Origin: Oscillospiraceae bacterium
Lineage (GTDB): Bacteria; Bacillota; Clostridia; Oscillospirales; Ruminococcaceae
DNA: 45,286 nucleotides
Assembly (NCBI GenBank): GCA_017473745.1
Contig: JAFUJP010000094.1
Span: forward strand, 1-45,286
Direction of reading: 5' to 3'
A model generated the notes under the pieces. That model was not told where the DNA came from. It saw nothing but the letters and a program-made list of their open reading frames with translations, and did no database searches. Shown one piece after another: positions 16,445 through 25,150 of the stretch. Position 1 is the stretch's first letter. Every line of letters starts with the position of its first letter. Made by a program: the position numbers and the translations under genes.

Positions 16445-17887
16445 ATGTTGCAAGATAGAGATTTGCTTTCTGTGCAAGAAGCTCGCGACATGATTAAAAA
16501 AGCTCGTATAGCTTTTGAAGCCGCAAAGCTTCTTAGTCAGGAGCAGATAGACAAAATCGTTAAAGCCATGTCTGAAGCTGCCTATGCTCATAAAGAAGAA
16601 CTTGCCAAAATGGCAGTTGAAGAAACCAGCATGGGTAAATATGAAGACAAGGTTATCAAGAACACTCTTGCTTCCAAAGCAGTTTATGAAGCAATCAAAG
16701 ACATGAAAACTGTCGGTATCGTTGCTGAATATCCTGAGCAGAAGATGTTCGAAGTTGCTGTGCCCGTAGGCGTAGTATGCGGTATCGTTCCCTGCACTAA
16801 CCCTACTTCCACTGCTATCTACAAATCCATGATTTGTATGAAAGCCGCTAACCCCGTTGTATTCAGCCCCCATCCTTCCGCAAAGAATTCCATCGCAAGA
16901 ACCTGCGAAATTCTTCGCGAGGCTGCTGAAAAGGCCGGTGCACCTGCAAATATGTTCCAGTGCCTTACTACCCTCAGCATGTCCGGAACTCATGAGCTTA
17001 TGACCAACGCCGGAGTCAACATGATCCTTGCGACCGGTGGCCCCGAAATGGTTAAAGCTGCATATTCTTCCGGTGTTCCTGCTCTCGGCGTAGGCGCAGG
17101 TAACGTTCCTGCATTCATCGATCACACTGCTGATGTCAAACTTGCTGTTAAGAGAATCTTTGCTTCCAAAACTTTCGATAACGGCGTAATTTGCGCATCT
17201 GAACAGTCCATCGTTGCAGAGAACTGCATTAAAGACCAGGTTCTCGAAGCTGTTAAAGCAGAAAAAGGCTATATCCTCAACGATGAAGAATACGCAAAAC
17301 TCTGCAAGATCTTTACCAGACGTCCCGGCAGCGTTAACCCCGCTATCGTTGGCCGTCCTGCAACCAAGATCGCTGCTATGGCCGGACTTGATGTTCCTGC
17401 TGATACCAGAGTTCTTTGCTATCCTGAAAAAGGCGTCGGCGACGAATATCCTTTCTCCATCGAGAAACTTTCTCCTTGCCTTGCTCTTTATTTTGAAGAG
17501 GATTGGCAGGCTTGCTGCGAACGCTGCATCCAGCTTCTCGAGTTTATCGGTATCGGACATTCTCTTTCCATGCATACCAACGACGAGAAAGTCGTCCGCG
17601 AGTTTGCTCTTAAGAAACCCGTATCCCGTATCCTCGTTAACACTTCTGCAGCACAGGGCGGCGTAGGCGCAACCACTAACCTTATGCCCGCACTCACTCT
17701 TGGATGCGGCGCTGTTGGCGGTTCTGCAACCAGCGACAACGTTTCTCCGCTTAACCTCATCAACCTCCGCCGTGTTGCTTATGGCGTAAAAGAGGCATGG
17801 GATCTTGCAGAGGCACCCGCTGAAGAGAAAGAACTCGATGCAGATGCCATTGCAAAAATGGTTATAGCTGCATTGAAAGAGCTTTAA
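16445..17887 (+). CDS. eutE: CoA-acylating acetaldehyde dehydrogenase
   Basis: 480 aa of the ALDH superfamily, with the catalytic Cys context [14 protein letters not shown]-terminal amphipathic helix [16 protein letters not shown] follows an AEAPAEEKE linker. Confidence 0.9.
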   Translation: MLQDRDLLSVQEARDMIKKARIAFEAAKLLSQEQIDKIVKAMSEAAYAHKEELAKMAVEETSMGKYEDKVIKNTLASKAVYEAIKDMKTVGIVAEYPEQKMFEVAVPVGVVCGIVPCTNPTSTAIYKSMICMKAANPVVFSPHPSAKNSIARTCEILREAAEKAGAPANMFQCLTTLSMSGTHELMTNAGVNMILATGGPEMVKAAYSSGVPALGVGAGNVPAFIDHTADVKLAVKRIFASKTFDNGVICASEQSIVAENCIKDQVLEAVKAEKGYILNDEEYAKLCKIFTRRPGSVNPAIVGRPATKIAAMAGLDVPADTRVLCYPEKGVGDEYPFSIEKLSPCLALYFEEDWQACCERCIQLLEFIGIGHSLSMHTNDEKVVREFALKKPVSRILVNTSAAQGGVGATTNLMPALTLGCGAVGGSATSDNVSPLNLINLRRVAYGVKEAWDLAEAPAEEKELDADAIAKMVIAALKEL

Positions 17888-17955
17888 TCTCTTTCTAAAC
17901 TATATTTAGGTAGAACCAGGGGATTAGCCCCAATTTTTAAGGAGGTACTATCACA

Positions 17956-18240
17956 ATGACTGATAAACAAGCACTCGGCATGATCGAAACCAGAGGACTT
18001 GTCGGCGCTATCGAAGCAGCCGATGCCATGGTTAAAGCTGCTAACGTTACCCTCATCGGTAAAGTTCACGTCGGCGGCGGACTTGTAACCGTTTTCGTTC
18101 GCGGAGACGTTGGTGCAACCAAAGCTGCAACCGATGCAGGCGCTGCTGCTGCAGACCGCGTTGGCGAGCTTAAATCTGTACATGTAATTCCGAGACCCCA
18201 CGAGGAAGTTGAATACATCCTTCCTTCTCTCGAGAAATAA
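17956..18240 (+). CDS. eutM: BMC-H hexameric shell protein (EutM/PduA type)
   Basis: 94 aa: [30 protein letters not shown]...GDVGATKAA. Confidence 0.9.
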   Translation: MTDKQALGMIETRGLVGAIEAADAMVKAANVTLIGKVHVGGGLVTVFVRGDVGATKAATDAGAAAADRVGELKSVHVIPRPHEEVEYILPSLEK

Positions 18241-18267
18241 TTATTCACCTTTAAGGAGGAAGACACG

Positions 18268-18549
18268 ATGGCTGAGAAATTAGCACTTGGCATGATCGAG
18301 ACCAAAGGTCTTGTTGGAGCCATTGAGGCCGCTGATGCTATGGTTAAAGCCGCAAATGTCACCCTCGTTGGCAGAGTAATCGTTGGTGGCGCCCTCGTAA
18401 CCGTGTTCGTTCGCGGTGACGTCGGCGCTACCAAAGCCGCTGTTGACGCAGGTGCAGCTGCTGCAGACCGTGTTGGCGAGCTTATCTCCACTCATGTCAT
18501 CCCGAGCACCCATGAAGAGGTCGAGTATGTCCTCCCGTCCATCGAATAA
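18268..18549 (+). CDS. eutM: BMC-H hexameric shell protein (EutM/PduA type), tandem paralogue
   Basis: 93 aa, highly similar to the preceding gene. Confidence 0.9.
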   Translation: MAEKLALGMIETKGLVGAIEAADAMVKAANVTLVGRVIVGGALVTVFVRGDVGATKAAVDAGAAAADRVGELISTHVIPSTHEEVEYVLPSIE

Positions 18550-18599
18550 TTCTGAATTTTAATTTGGAATTATAAGTATTATTAGATGGGGGTGATATT

Positions 18600-19367
18600 A
18601 TGAAAGTCATTACCGAGATGGTGCTCCGCAATGAGCTGAAAGGCGAATGCCCGCCCGTATATTATGTACCGAAGGACAAACTTCTTTCTCCCGCCGCGAA
18701 GGAATATCTGAACCAGCTTAAAATCAAAGTTGAATTCGGTGATCCGCCGGCAGCTCCTGCGCCTGCAGCATCCAATAATAAAGGTTCCGCCATCAGCGAT
18801 ACTCCCGTTGGAGCAAAATACGTTGATGAACTTACCGGAGCTTTTTATGTCAAAAAGCCGGAATATATGTGCCAGCTTTTCGGTAATAGATTGGTTTATA
18901 AAAATCATCCAAGGATTGCTTTCCGCGGTAAGCTTGACAGCATGAGTTCCACTGTGGTCCAGATCCAGGCAGAAATTGCCGCGACCAGCGGCCCCCAGAA
19001 ACTTATAGATGATCTTGGTGACATCAACAAGGTGCTTAACCAGATCATGTACTGTGAAGTTATGGATGAAGAAATGGGCGTTATGAACATTCTTGGGCTT
19101 ACCCCGGAAGAACTTCGCGCTCGTTCCCACAATCCGCAGAAGTATTTTAACATTAAGCAGATGCTTCTCCCTAACTATACCATGGGAGCTGATTATACTA
19201 AACTTAATGTGCTCCGTGCGAAAGTACGTGAGCTGGAGCTTGCTGCTCTCGATTGCTTTGTTGACGGCAAAAACGTTAAACAGCCCGAGATCATCAGGAC
19301 TCTCAACCGCCTTTCCAGTGCATTCCACATCATGATGTGTATGTATCTGGCAGGTGAATATAAATAA
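18600..19367 (+). CDS. eutT: EutT-type ATP:cob(I)alamin adenosyltransferase
   Basis: The N-terminus VITEMVLRNEL...LLSPAAKEYLNQLKIKVEF resembles the EutT N-terminus as I recall it. 255 aa, in the usual Firmicutes position between eutM and pduL. Assignment is from memory only. Confidence 0.65.
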   Translation: MKVITEMVLRNELKGECPPVYYVPKDKLLSPAAKEYLNQLKIKVEFGDPPAAPAPAASNNKGSAISDTPVGAKYVDELTGAFYVKKPEYMCQLFGNRLVYKNHPRIAFRGKLDSMSSTVVQIQAEIAATSGPQKLIDDLGDINKVLNQIMYCEVMDEEMGVMNILGLTPEELRARSHNPQKYFNIKQMLLPNYTMGADYTKLNVLRAKVRELELAALDCFVDGKNVKQPEIIRTLNRLSSAFHIMMCMYLAGEYK

Positions 19368-19382
19368 TTTAGGAGGAGACTC

Positions 19383-20000
19383 ATGGCTGTAGAAAAAGTC
19401 GTTGAAGCGGTTGTTGAAGAAATCAGATCCGCAGGACTTGTTCAATTAGAGGTCTCCGCCAGACACGTGCATCTGGATAAAGAGTGCGTAGAAGTACTCT
19501 TCGGCAAGGATTATAAGCTCACTCACGTAAGAGAGCTTAGCCAGCCCGGCCAGTATCTTGAACAGGAGAGAGTTGACGTTGTAGGCCCGAAAGGCACCTT
19601 CAAAAACGTTGCAGTTCTCGGCCCGGAAAGAAAGCACGTTCAGGTTGAGGTCTCGTTCAGCGATGCTTTCGCCCTTGGAATCAATCCCCCGATCAGACAG
19701 TCGGGAGACACCAAAGGTTCCGCAAGCGTAAAGCTTGTTGGCCCCAAAGGTGAAATTACTATTGACGAAGGCGCAATTGTCGCACTTCGCCATGTTCACA
19801 TGACTCCCGAAGATGCAGAAAGACTCGGCCTTGTTGATAACCAGGTCGTTTCCGTAGAAGCTCTTACCGACAGAAGAACTATCTTCCCGGATACCGTAAT
19901 CAGAGTTTCTCCGAATTTCCGCACTCGTATGCATGTTGACGTTGACGAAGCCGGCGCCGCACATATTGCTGGTTTTGCACTTGGCAGAATTATTAAATAA
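19383..20000 (+). CDS. pduL: PduL-type phosphotransacylase with an N-terminal encapsulation-peptide-like helix
   Basis: Two PduL repeats (SARHVHL.., LRHVHMTPEDAERLGL). The N-terminus VEKVVEAVVEEIRSAGL is amphipathic. Confidence 0.9.
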   Translation: MAVEKVVEAVVEEIRSAGLVQLEVSARHVHLDKECVEVLFGKDYKLTHVRELSQPGQYLEQERVDVVGPKGTFKNVAVLGPERKHVQVEVSFSDAFALGINPPIRQSGDTKGSASVKLVGPKGEITIDEGAIVALRHVHMTPEDAERLGLVDNQVVSVEALTDRRTIFPDTVIRVSPNFRTRMHVDVDEAGAAHIAGFALGRIIK

Positions 20001-20014
20001 GGATGTATAAATAA

Positions 20015-20836
20015 ATGGTCGATCTTGAAACAATAAACGCATACATGGCTCGTGTTACCGAGACTGAAACTATCGTACACAAGCCGTGTTCGAATAAGCT
20101 TAAGGTCGGAGTTGACCTTGGTACCGCTTATATCGTAATCGTTGTTCTCGATGAGGACAACAACCCCGTTGCCTGCGAAAAGCAGTTTGCACAGGTTGTC
20201 AAGGACGGTGTTCTTGTTGATTACGGCGGCGCCTGCAGAATCCTCAGGGAACTTAAAAAGAAACTTGAGGAGCGCCTTGGTGTTGAGCTTACCGAAGCTG
20301 CCATCGCTATGCCTGCGGGAACCGAATCCAGCGCCAAGACTCATAAATACTGCGTTGAGGGCGCGGGCTTTGACGTTGTCAATGTTCTTGATGAGCCCAC
20401 CGCAGCAAACTCCATCTATGGTATCAAAGACGGTGTCGTAGTTGACATCGGCGGCGGTACCACGGGCCTTGCGATCTTCAAAGACGGCGAAGTAGTTGAA
20501 GTCGATGACGAGCCGACCGGTGGTACCCATCTTTCTCTCGTTCTTGCCGGAAGCTATGGAATTCCTTTCGAGGACGCAGAGAAGATCAAAACCGATTACA
20601 CCCGTCACAGGGAAATTCTTCCCATAGTGAAACCGGTAATCGAGAAGATGGCCACTATCGTAAAAAAATATACATCCAGATATAACATCGACACCATCTA
20701 TCTTTGCGGAGGTACTTGCTGCCTTACCGGAATGGAGAAAGTGTTTGAAGATACAGTTGGCGTAAAGACTATTAAACCCGCAGACCCGTTCCTGGTTACA
20801 CCCACCGGTATAGCCATGAACTGTCTGGTTGATTGA
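20015..20836 (+). CDS. eutJ: EutJ, DnaK/actin-fold chaperone-like protein
   Basis: VGVDLGTAYIVIVV, VVDIGGGTTGLAIF, and EPTAAN-like motifs; 273 aa. Confidence 0.85.
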   Translation: MVDLETINAYMARVTETETIVHKPCSNKLKVGVDLGTAYIVIVVLDEDNNPVACEKQFAQVVKDGVLVDYGGACRILRELKKKLEERLGVELTEAAIAMPAGTESSAKTHKYCVEGAGFDVVNVLDEPTAANSIYGIKDGVVVDIGGGTTGLAIFKDGEVVEVDDEPTGGTHLSLVLAGSYGIPFEDAEKIKTDYTRHREILPIVKPVIEKMATIVKKYTSRYNIDTIYLCGGTCCLTGMEKVFEDTVGVKTIKPADPFLVTPTGIAMNCLVD

Positions 20837-20891
20837 TCAGACGCTACCATATCTTTTCCAATGAAAAGCATTGAAAAAGAAGGTGATAATT

Positions 20892-21632
20892 ATGGATATG
20901 GATTTGTTAATTGAGCTTGCAGTCCGTGCCGTAAAAGCTTATCTTGAAAAAGAGGGCGTTGTTGCGGCGGTTGCTCCTGTGGTGGAGCCCAGAAAGGCTC
21001 TTGTTCTTACCGAAGAACATTGCGGTGAAAACTGCTCCATTGAAGCATACGGAAGTGAGCTGTGCAAAGTTGATTGTGCTCTTGCACAGAATTACGAAGT
21101 TAATGTCAATGATTACGACGTTGTCGTGGTCCGCGACATGACAAACAGCAATTTGTTCAAGATCGCCAACGGCTGCACTGACAATAAGTTCCTTGCCCTT
21201 GCGGCCGAAGCGATCCTGAAGGGTAAACGCGTGGTTATGGTCAAAGAGTGCGTTGAAATTCTCAAATATGCAGAAACCGCACCCAAAGCACTGTATAATA
21301 ACATTTATAAAAATCTCCAGATCCTTCTCGACAGCGGCGTTGAGCTCGTTGAAGAGGAAAACGTAAAATCCGCCCTTACCGAGGGTATGGATGTTCCGGC
21401 AGAAGCACCTAAAGCAGAACCTGTTAAGGTCGAAAAAGAGGAAGCTCCGGCTCCCGCTGTCAAAGCGGAAAACGAAGATTCCGTTCTTGTGCTCACTAAA
21501 CGCGTTGTAACTGAGAGAGATATTAAAGAAGCTGCTGCAAAGCACTACAAAAAGGTACAGCTTCCCGAGAAGCCTGTTATCACTTATCTCGCTAAAGACA
21601 CCGCATTTGAGCTCGGCATCGAACTTCTCTGA
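20892..21632 (+). CDS. Uncharacterised eut-operon protein (EP-like N-terminus, central domain, PEAK-rich linker, C-terminal EutT-N-like module)
   Basis: ATG at 20892 follows gaaggtga (the ORF track uses a TTG at 20871). The coding frame is long and fits between eutJ and eutN. I recognise no catalytic motif. Confidence 0.6.
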   Translation: MDMDLLIELAVRAVKAYLEKEGVVAAVAPVVEPRKALVLTEEHCGENCSIEAYGSELCKVDCALAQNYEVNVNDYDVVVVRDMTNSNLFKIANGCTDNKFLALAAEAILKGKRVVMVKECVEILKYAETAPKALYNNIYKNLQILLDSGVELVEEENVKSALTEGMDVPAEAPKAEPVKVEKEEAPAPAVKAENEDSVLVLTKRVVTERDIKEAAAKHYKKVQLPEKPVITYLAKDTAFELGIELL

Positions 21633-21654
21633 TATTTAACGGAGGTATTACCTA

Positions 21655-21942
21655 ATGAGAATTGGTGTAGTAATAGGCAGTGTTTGGGCAACCAGAAAAG
21701 AACCCAAACTCGAAGGACTCAAGCTTCTCATCGTTGCTCCCCTTGACTACAAGATGAAGGGCAACACCACCCGAGAGCCGTATATCGCCGCCGACGTTGT
21801 TGACGCAGGTATCGGCGACAGAGTTCTTATCGTTAACGGTAACCCGGCAAGATATGCCGTCGGAACCAGTGTGCCTATCGATGCCGCAATAGTTGGTGTT
21901 ATCGATGATACTGTTCTTTCCAATCTTGAAAGTTTTCAGTGA
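21655..21942 (+). CDS. eutN: BMC-P pentameric vertex protein (EutN/CcmL family)
   Basis: 95 aa: MRIGVVIGSVWATRKEPKLEGLKLLIV...DAGIGDRVLIV. Confidence 0.85.
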   Translation: MRIGVVIGSVWATRKEPKLEGLKLLIVAPLDYKMKGNTTREPYIAADVVDAGIGDRVLIVNGNPARYAVGTSVPIDAAIVGVIDDTVLSNLESFQ

Positions 21943-22175
21943 TTGAATAAGAAAAGAACCTTGAAAAATCCTGTTTTCTGTTTCAAAAACAGGTATTAAC
22001 TGTCATTAGAGGAAAGTATGCACGCGAAAATAATACATATTTGCGCACGGATAAGCGGCCTTCGTTTTATCGGAGTATCCCGCGCAAGCTTTTCGTATTT
22101 GGTCTTTCGCAGGCATACGACCCTTTTATGAATATAGTTTGAGATATAAACTAATCTTTTTAGGAGGTCAATATT

Positions 22176-23405
22176 ATGTTCGATTTCTCTGAACTTGCTG
22201 CAGCATGGAATAGTTCCCTTCCTATGTTTGGCGAATCTCTTGCTGCTTGGGTTGATGGCCTTGCAATCAACTCTGTAGTTGTTATGGTTATGATGCTCTT
22301 CATGCTCTGGGGCGCAATTGACAAAATTATGGGTAACAAATTCGGCTACGGCGAACAGTTCGAAGAAGGCCTTAACTGCATGGGCCCTCTCGCTGTTTCC
22401 ATGGCTGGTGTTGTAGCAGTTGCTCCGCTTCTTGCTCTCGTTCTTAACCCCATCGTTGGACCTATCTACAACCTTGTTGGTGCAGACGCAGCAATGTTTG
22501 CTACTACTCTTCTCGCTTGCGACATGGGTGGTTATCCTCTCGCAATGTCCATGGCTGCTAACGAAGCAATCGGTAACTACGCTGGTCTTATCCTCGGCTC
22601 CATGATGGGCCCGACCATCGTTTTCACCATTCCTGTAGCTCTTGGTATCATCGATCCTGAAGATCGTCCTTACCTCGGCGCTGGTACCCTCGTTGGTATC
22701 GTTACCATCCCCGTAGGATGCATCGCTGGTGGTTTCGTCATGAACGCTATGACTTCTTACACCCTTTCCGTTGCTGACATCCTTCTCAACATGATCCCTG
22801 TTGTTATCATCGCAGGCGCTATCGCAGCTGGCCTTTGGTTCGCTCCTTCCGCTATGATGAAAGGCTTCGATAAATTCGGCACTGGCGTTACCATTTTCAT
22901 CACTGCTGTAACTGCTATCGCTATCTTCGAATACAACACCGGTATCGTATTCCCGCTCTTCAACCTCATGATGGATGACGGCACTGGCGTTAACGGCCTC
23001 GAATCCGGTCTTCTTACCTGCGGTATCATCGCAATCGTTCTTGCTGGTGCATATCCTATGGTTAAATTCGTTACCGACAAATTCGGCGGCGCTCTTGAAA
23101 AAGTTGGTTCCGCTCTCGGTATGAACGCTGCAGGTTCTGCAGGTCTTGTTGCAACCCTTGCTAACAACATCGCAATGTTCAACATCCTCAAAGACATGAA
23201 CCCGAAAGGTAAAGTTCTCAACTGCGCATTCGCTGTTTCCGCAGCATTCGTATTTGGTGACCACCTCGGCTTCTGCGCTGGTAACAATGCTGAAATGATC
23301 GTTCCTATGATCGTTGGTAAACTTGTTGCTGGTGTTCTCGCAGTAGTTCTCGGTAACTTCATGGCTCCTGCACTTCTCGCAAAAATCCCCGGCGCTGACA
23401 AATAA
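22176..23405 (+). CDS. eutH: Ethanolamine permease EutH
   Basis: 409 aa polytopic membrane protein. The N-terminal region (FMLWGAIDKIMGNKFGYGEQFEEG) is EutH-like. Strong AGGAGG ribosome-binding site. Confidence 0.9.
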   Translation: MFDFSELAAAWNSSLPMFGESLAAWVDGLAINSVVVMVMMLFMLWGAIDKIMGNKFGYGEQFEEGLNCMGPLAVSMAGVVAVAPLLALVLNPIVGPIYNLVGADAAMFATTLLACDMGGYPLAMSMAANEAIGNYAGLILGSMMGPTIVFTIPVALGIIDPEDRPYLGAGTLVGIVTIPVGCIAGGFVMNAMTSYTLSVADILLNMIPVVIIAGAIAAGLWFAPSAMMKGFDKFGTGVTIFITAVTAIAIFEYNTGIVFPLFNLMMDDGTGVNGLESGLLTCGIIAIVLAGAYPMVKFVTDKFGGALEKVGSALGMNAAGSAGLVATLANNIAMFNILKDMNPKGKVLNCAFAVSAAFVFGDHLGFCAGNNAEMIVPMIVGKLVAGVLAVVLGNFMAPALLAKIPGADK

Positions 23406-23444
23406 TTAATTAAATAATTAGTTGTTTTTCAATGCTACCTTTTG

Positions 23445-23473
23445 GGAGCGCCTATTGCCGCGATAGGCGCTCC
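23445..23473 (+). other. Strong intercistronic hairpin between eutH and eutQ
   Basis: 11-bp GC-rich stem ggagcgcctat/ataggcgctcc with a 7-nt loop and no T-run after it. Confidence 0.5.
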
Positions 23474-23536
23474 TCTTAAAGATATTTTCAAGGCTCCTTC
23501 GAGCCCTAATTCTTATACAGAAGGAGGCGCATATCA

Positions 23537-23992
23537 ATGAATATCAGTGAAGAACTGATTAAGGAGATTGTCGCCAAAGTCTGCGCTAATATGAAAAATG
23601 AAGACTCTATGCCTTTTGAAAGAAACGTTCTTTCCAACGGCATGATGTCCATCAAAACCGAAACCGTTAAATGCGAGCCCTTCCCCTTCGATGTTGGCGA
23701 TGCAAACGGCAAAGTAGATCTCATGGATGTTGTCACCCTTGAAGAATCTCCTAACCTCGGTATTGGTGTTATGGAACTTAGAGAAGGTGCAGAGTTCCCC
23801 TGGACTCTTAACTACGATGAAGTTGAATACATCATCGATGGTACCATCGTTCTCAAATCCGATGCTGGCAATGTTACTGCAAACGCAGGCGACATGACCT
23901 TTATTCCCAAAGGCACCAGCATTCATTTCTCCACTCCGGATTTTGTTAGATTTATCTACATTTCCTTCCCTGCAGACTGGGCAAATCAGTAA
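23537..23992 (+). CDS. eutQ: EutQ cupin-fold protein (acetate kinase-like accessory protein)
   Basis: Cupin core FPWTLNYDEVEYIIDG...AGDMTFIPKGTSIHFSTP..VRFIY. N-terminal amphipathic helix EELIKEIVAKVCANM. Confidence 0.85.
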   Translation: MNISEELIKEIVAKVCANMKNEDSMPFERNVLSNGMMSIKTETVKCEPFPFDVGDANGKVDLMDVVTLEESPNLGIGVMELREGAEFPWTLNYDEVEYIIDGTIVLKSDAGNVTANAGDMTFIPKGTSIHFSTPDFVRFIYISFPADWANQ

Positions 23993-24013
23993 TTTAATTA
24001 TTGATTTATAAAA

Positions 24014-24037
24014 ACACCGCTTCGGCGGTGTTTTTTT
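24014..24037 (+). terminator. Rho-independent terminator ending the eut operon
   Basis: Stem acaccgc, loop ttcg, gcggtgt, followed by TTTTTTT. Confidence 0.85.
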
Positions 24038-24121
24038 ATGCGTAAAATTTGAAAATTTGTTGTTACGTAAGTAAAATTGTGTTAAAATAAGCCTTAGATT
24101 TTATAAAGTGAGGCGAAAAGA

Positions 24122-24916
24122 ATGCCCGAATACAGAATTATCGACGTACATAACCACATCTATCCTGAAAAAATCGTTGGAAGAGCAACCGATGCCATCG
24201 GCGAATTTTACGACATTGATATGCAGCACCTTGGAACGGGCGACGAGCTTGTTGCGGCAGGGAAGAGAGCAGGCATAGAAAAATTTGTTGTCTGCTCCGC
24301 CGCAACGGTTCCGCAGCAGGTTCAGCGAATAAACGATTTTATTGCGGCAGAATGTGAAAAGCATCCGGAATTCATCGGTTTCGGCACGCTTCATTCCGGT
24401 TTTGACGACTGCGATTCAGAGATTAAAAGAATGCAGGGTATGGGCCTTACCGGCGTAAAGCTCCACCCGGATTTTCAGAAGTTTTATATTGACGACCCGG
24501 AAGCTTTGCCGATGTTCAGGGCGATCCGCGACAACGGGATGTGGCTTATCGTTCATCTCGGCGATGACAGATATGAATATTCACAGCCGGAAAGAATGGC
24601 AAAGGTTCTTGAAGAAGTGCCGGGGCTCAAGCTTATCGGCGCCCATTTCGGCGGATATCGCCGCTGGGAATCGGCACTTTCGGTTTATAAACCGGGCAGT
24701 CTTTGGTTCGATATTTCGAGTTCGATGCACTTTATGAGCAAGGAACTTATATTCAAATTTTTTGACCGCTACGGAATCGAAAGCTTCTTTTGGGGAACGG
24801 ACTTCCCCATGTGGGATCACAAAGAAGAGCTTGAACTTTTCTTCGGGCTCGGTCTTTCGGAAGAGCAGAACAGAATGATTCTTTATGACAATTTTGCAAA
24901 GGCCTATGGGCTTTGA
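24122..24916 (+). CDS. Amidohydrolase-2 family TIM-barrel metal-dependent hydrolase
   Basis: N-terminal IDVHNHIYP His-x-His motif, later HLGD.. and H.GG motifs, and a WGTDFP Asp near the C-terminus; 264 aa. Confidence 0.8.
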   Translation: MPEYRIIDVHNHIYPEKIVGRATDAIGEFYDIDMQHLGTGDELVAAGKRAGIEKFVVCSAATVPQQVQRINDFIAAECEKHPEFIGFGTLHSGFDDCDSEIKRMQGMGLTGVKLHPDFQKFYIDDPEALPMFRAIRDNGMWLIVHLGDDRYEYSQPERMAKVLEEVPGLKLIGAHFGGYRRWESALSVYKPGSLWFDISSSMHFMSKELIFKFFDRYGIESFFWGTDFPMWDHKEELELFFGLGLSEEQNRMILYDNFAKAYGL

Positions 24917-24928
24917 TGAATTAAAAAA

Positions 24929-24972
24929 AGGGCTTTTTTGAAAATGTTTTTTTATTTTCAAAAAAGCCTTTT
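24929..24972 (+). terminator. Rho-independent terminator
   Basis: 15-bp A/T-rich stem ggcttttttgaaaat/attttcaaaaaagcc followed by a T-run. Confidence 0.65.
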
Positions 24973-25042
24973 TATATTCCGAAACGGATTAAATCAACGC
25001 CAAATTCAGGGGCATATTATAGATATTTTTTCCATATATGAA

Positions 25043-25071
25043 TTGACAAACCTTGTAATTGGGGATATAAT
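25043..25071 (+). promoter_or_regulatory. Consensus promoter upstream of the cohesin gene cluster
   Basis: TTGACA (25043-25048), a 17-nt spacer, then TATAAT (25066-25071). Confidence 0.65.
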
Positions 25072-25110
25072 AAGATAGAATATTTATACAAATCAATTTT
25101 TAAATTTAAA

Positions 25111-25150
25111 CGGGAGCGCTCCCGTTTTCTCTGCCTTGAAAGGCAGAGAA
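25111..25150 (+). promoter_or_regulatory. Two adjacent leader hairpins between the promoter and the first cohesin gene
   Basis: cggga-gcgc-tcccg followed by TTTT, then a 10-bp stem ttctctgcct/aggcagagaa that shares part of that T-run. Confidence 0.35.

Noticed and set aside
22006-22022. A shared 15-mer, tagaggaaagtatgc, in the eutN-eutH gap and at 37297-37311 downstream of ptsH.
   Set aside because: By a rough count, one or two chance 15-mer coincidences are expected in a window of this size on both strands. The flanks do not extend the match.
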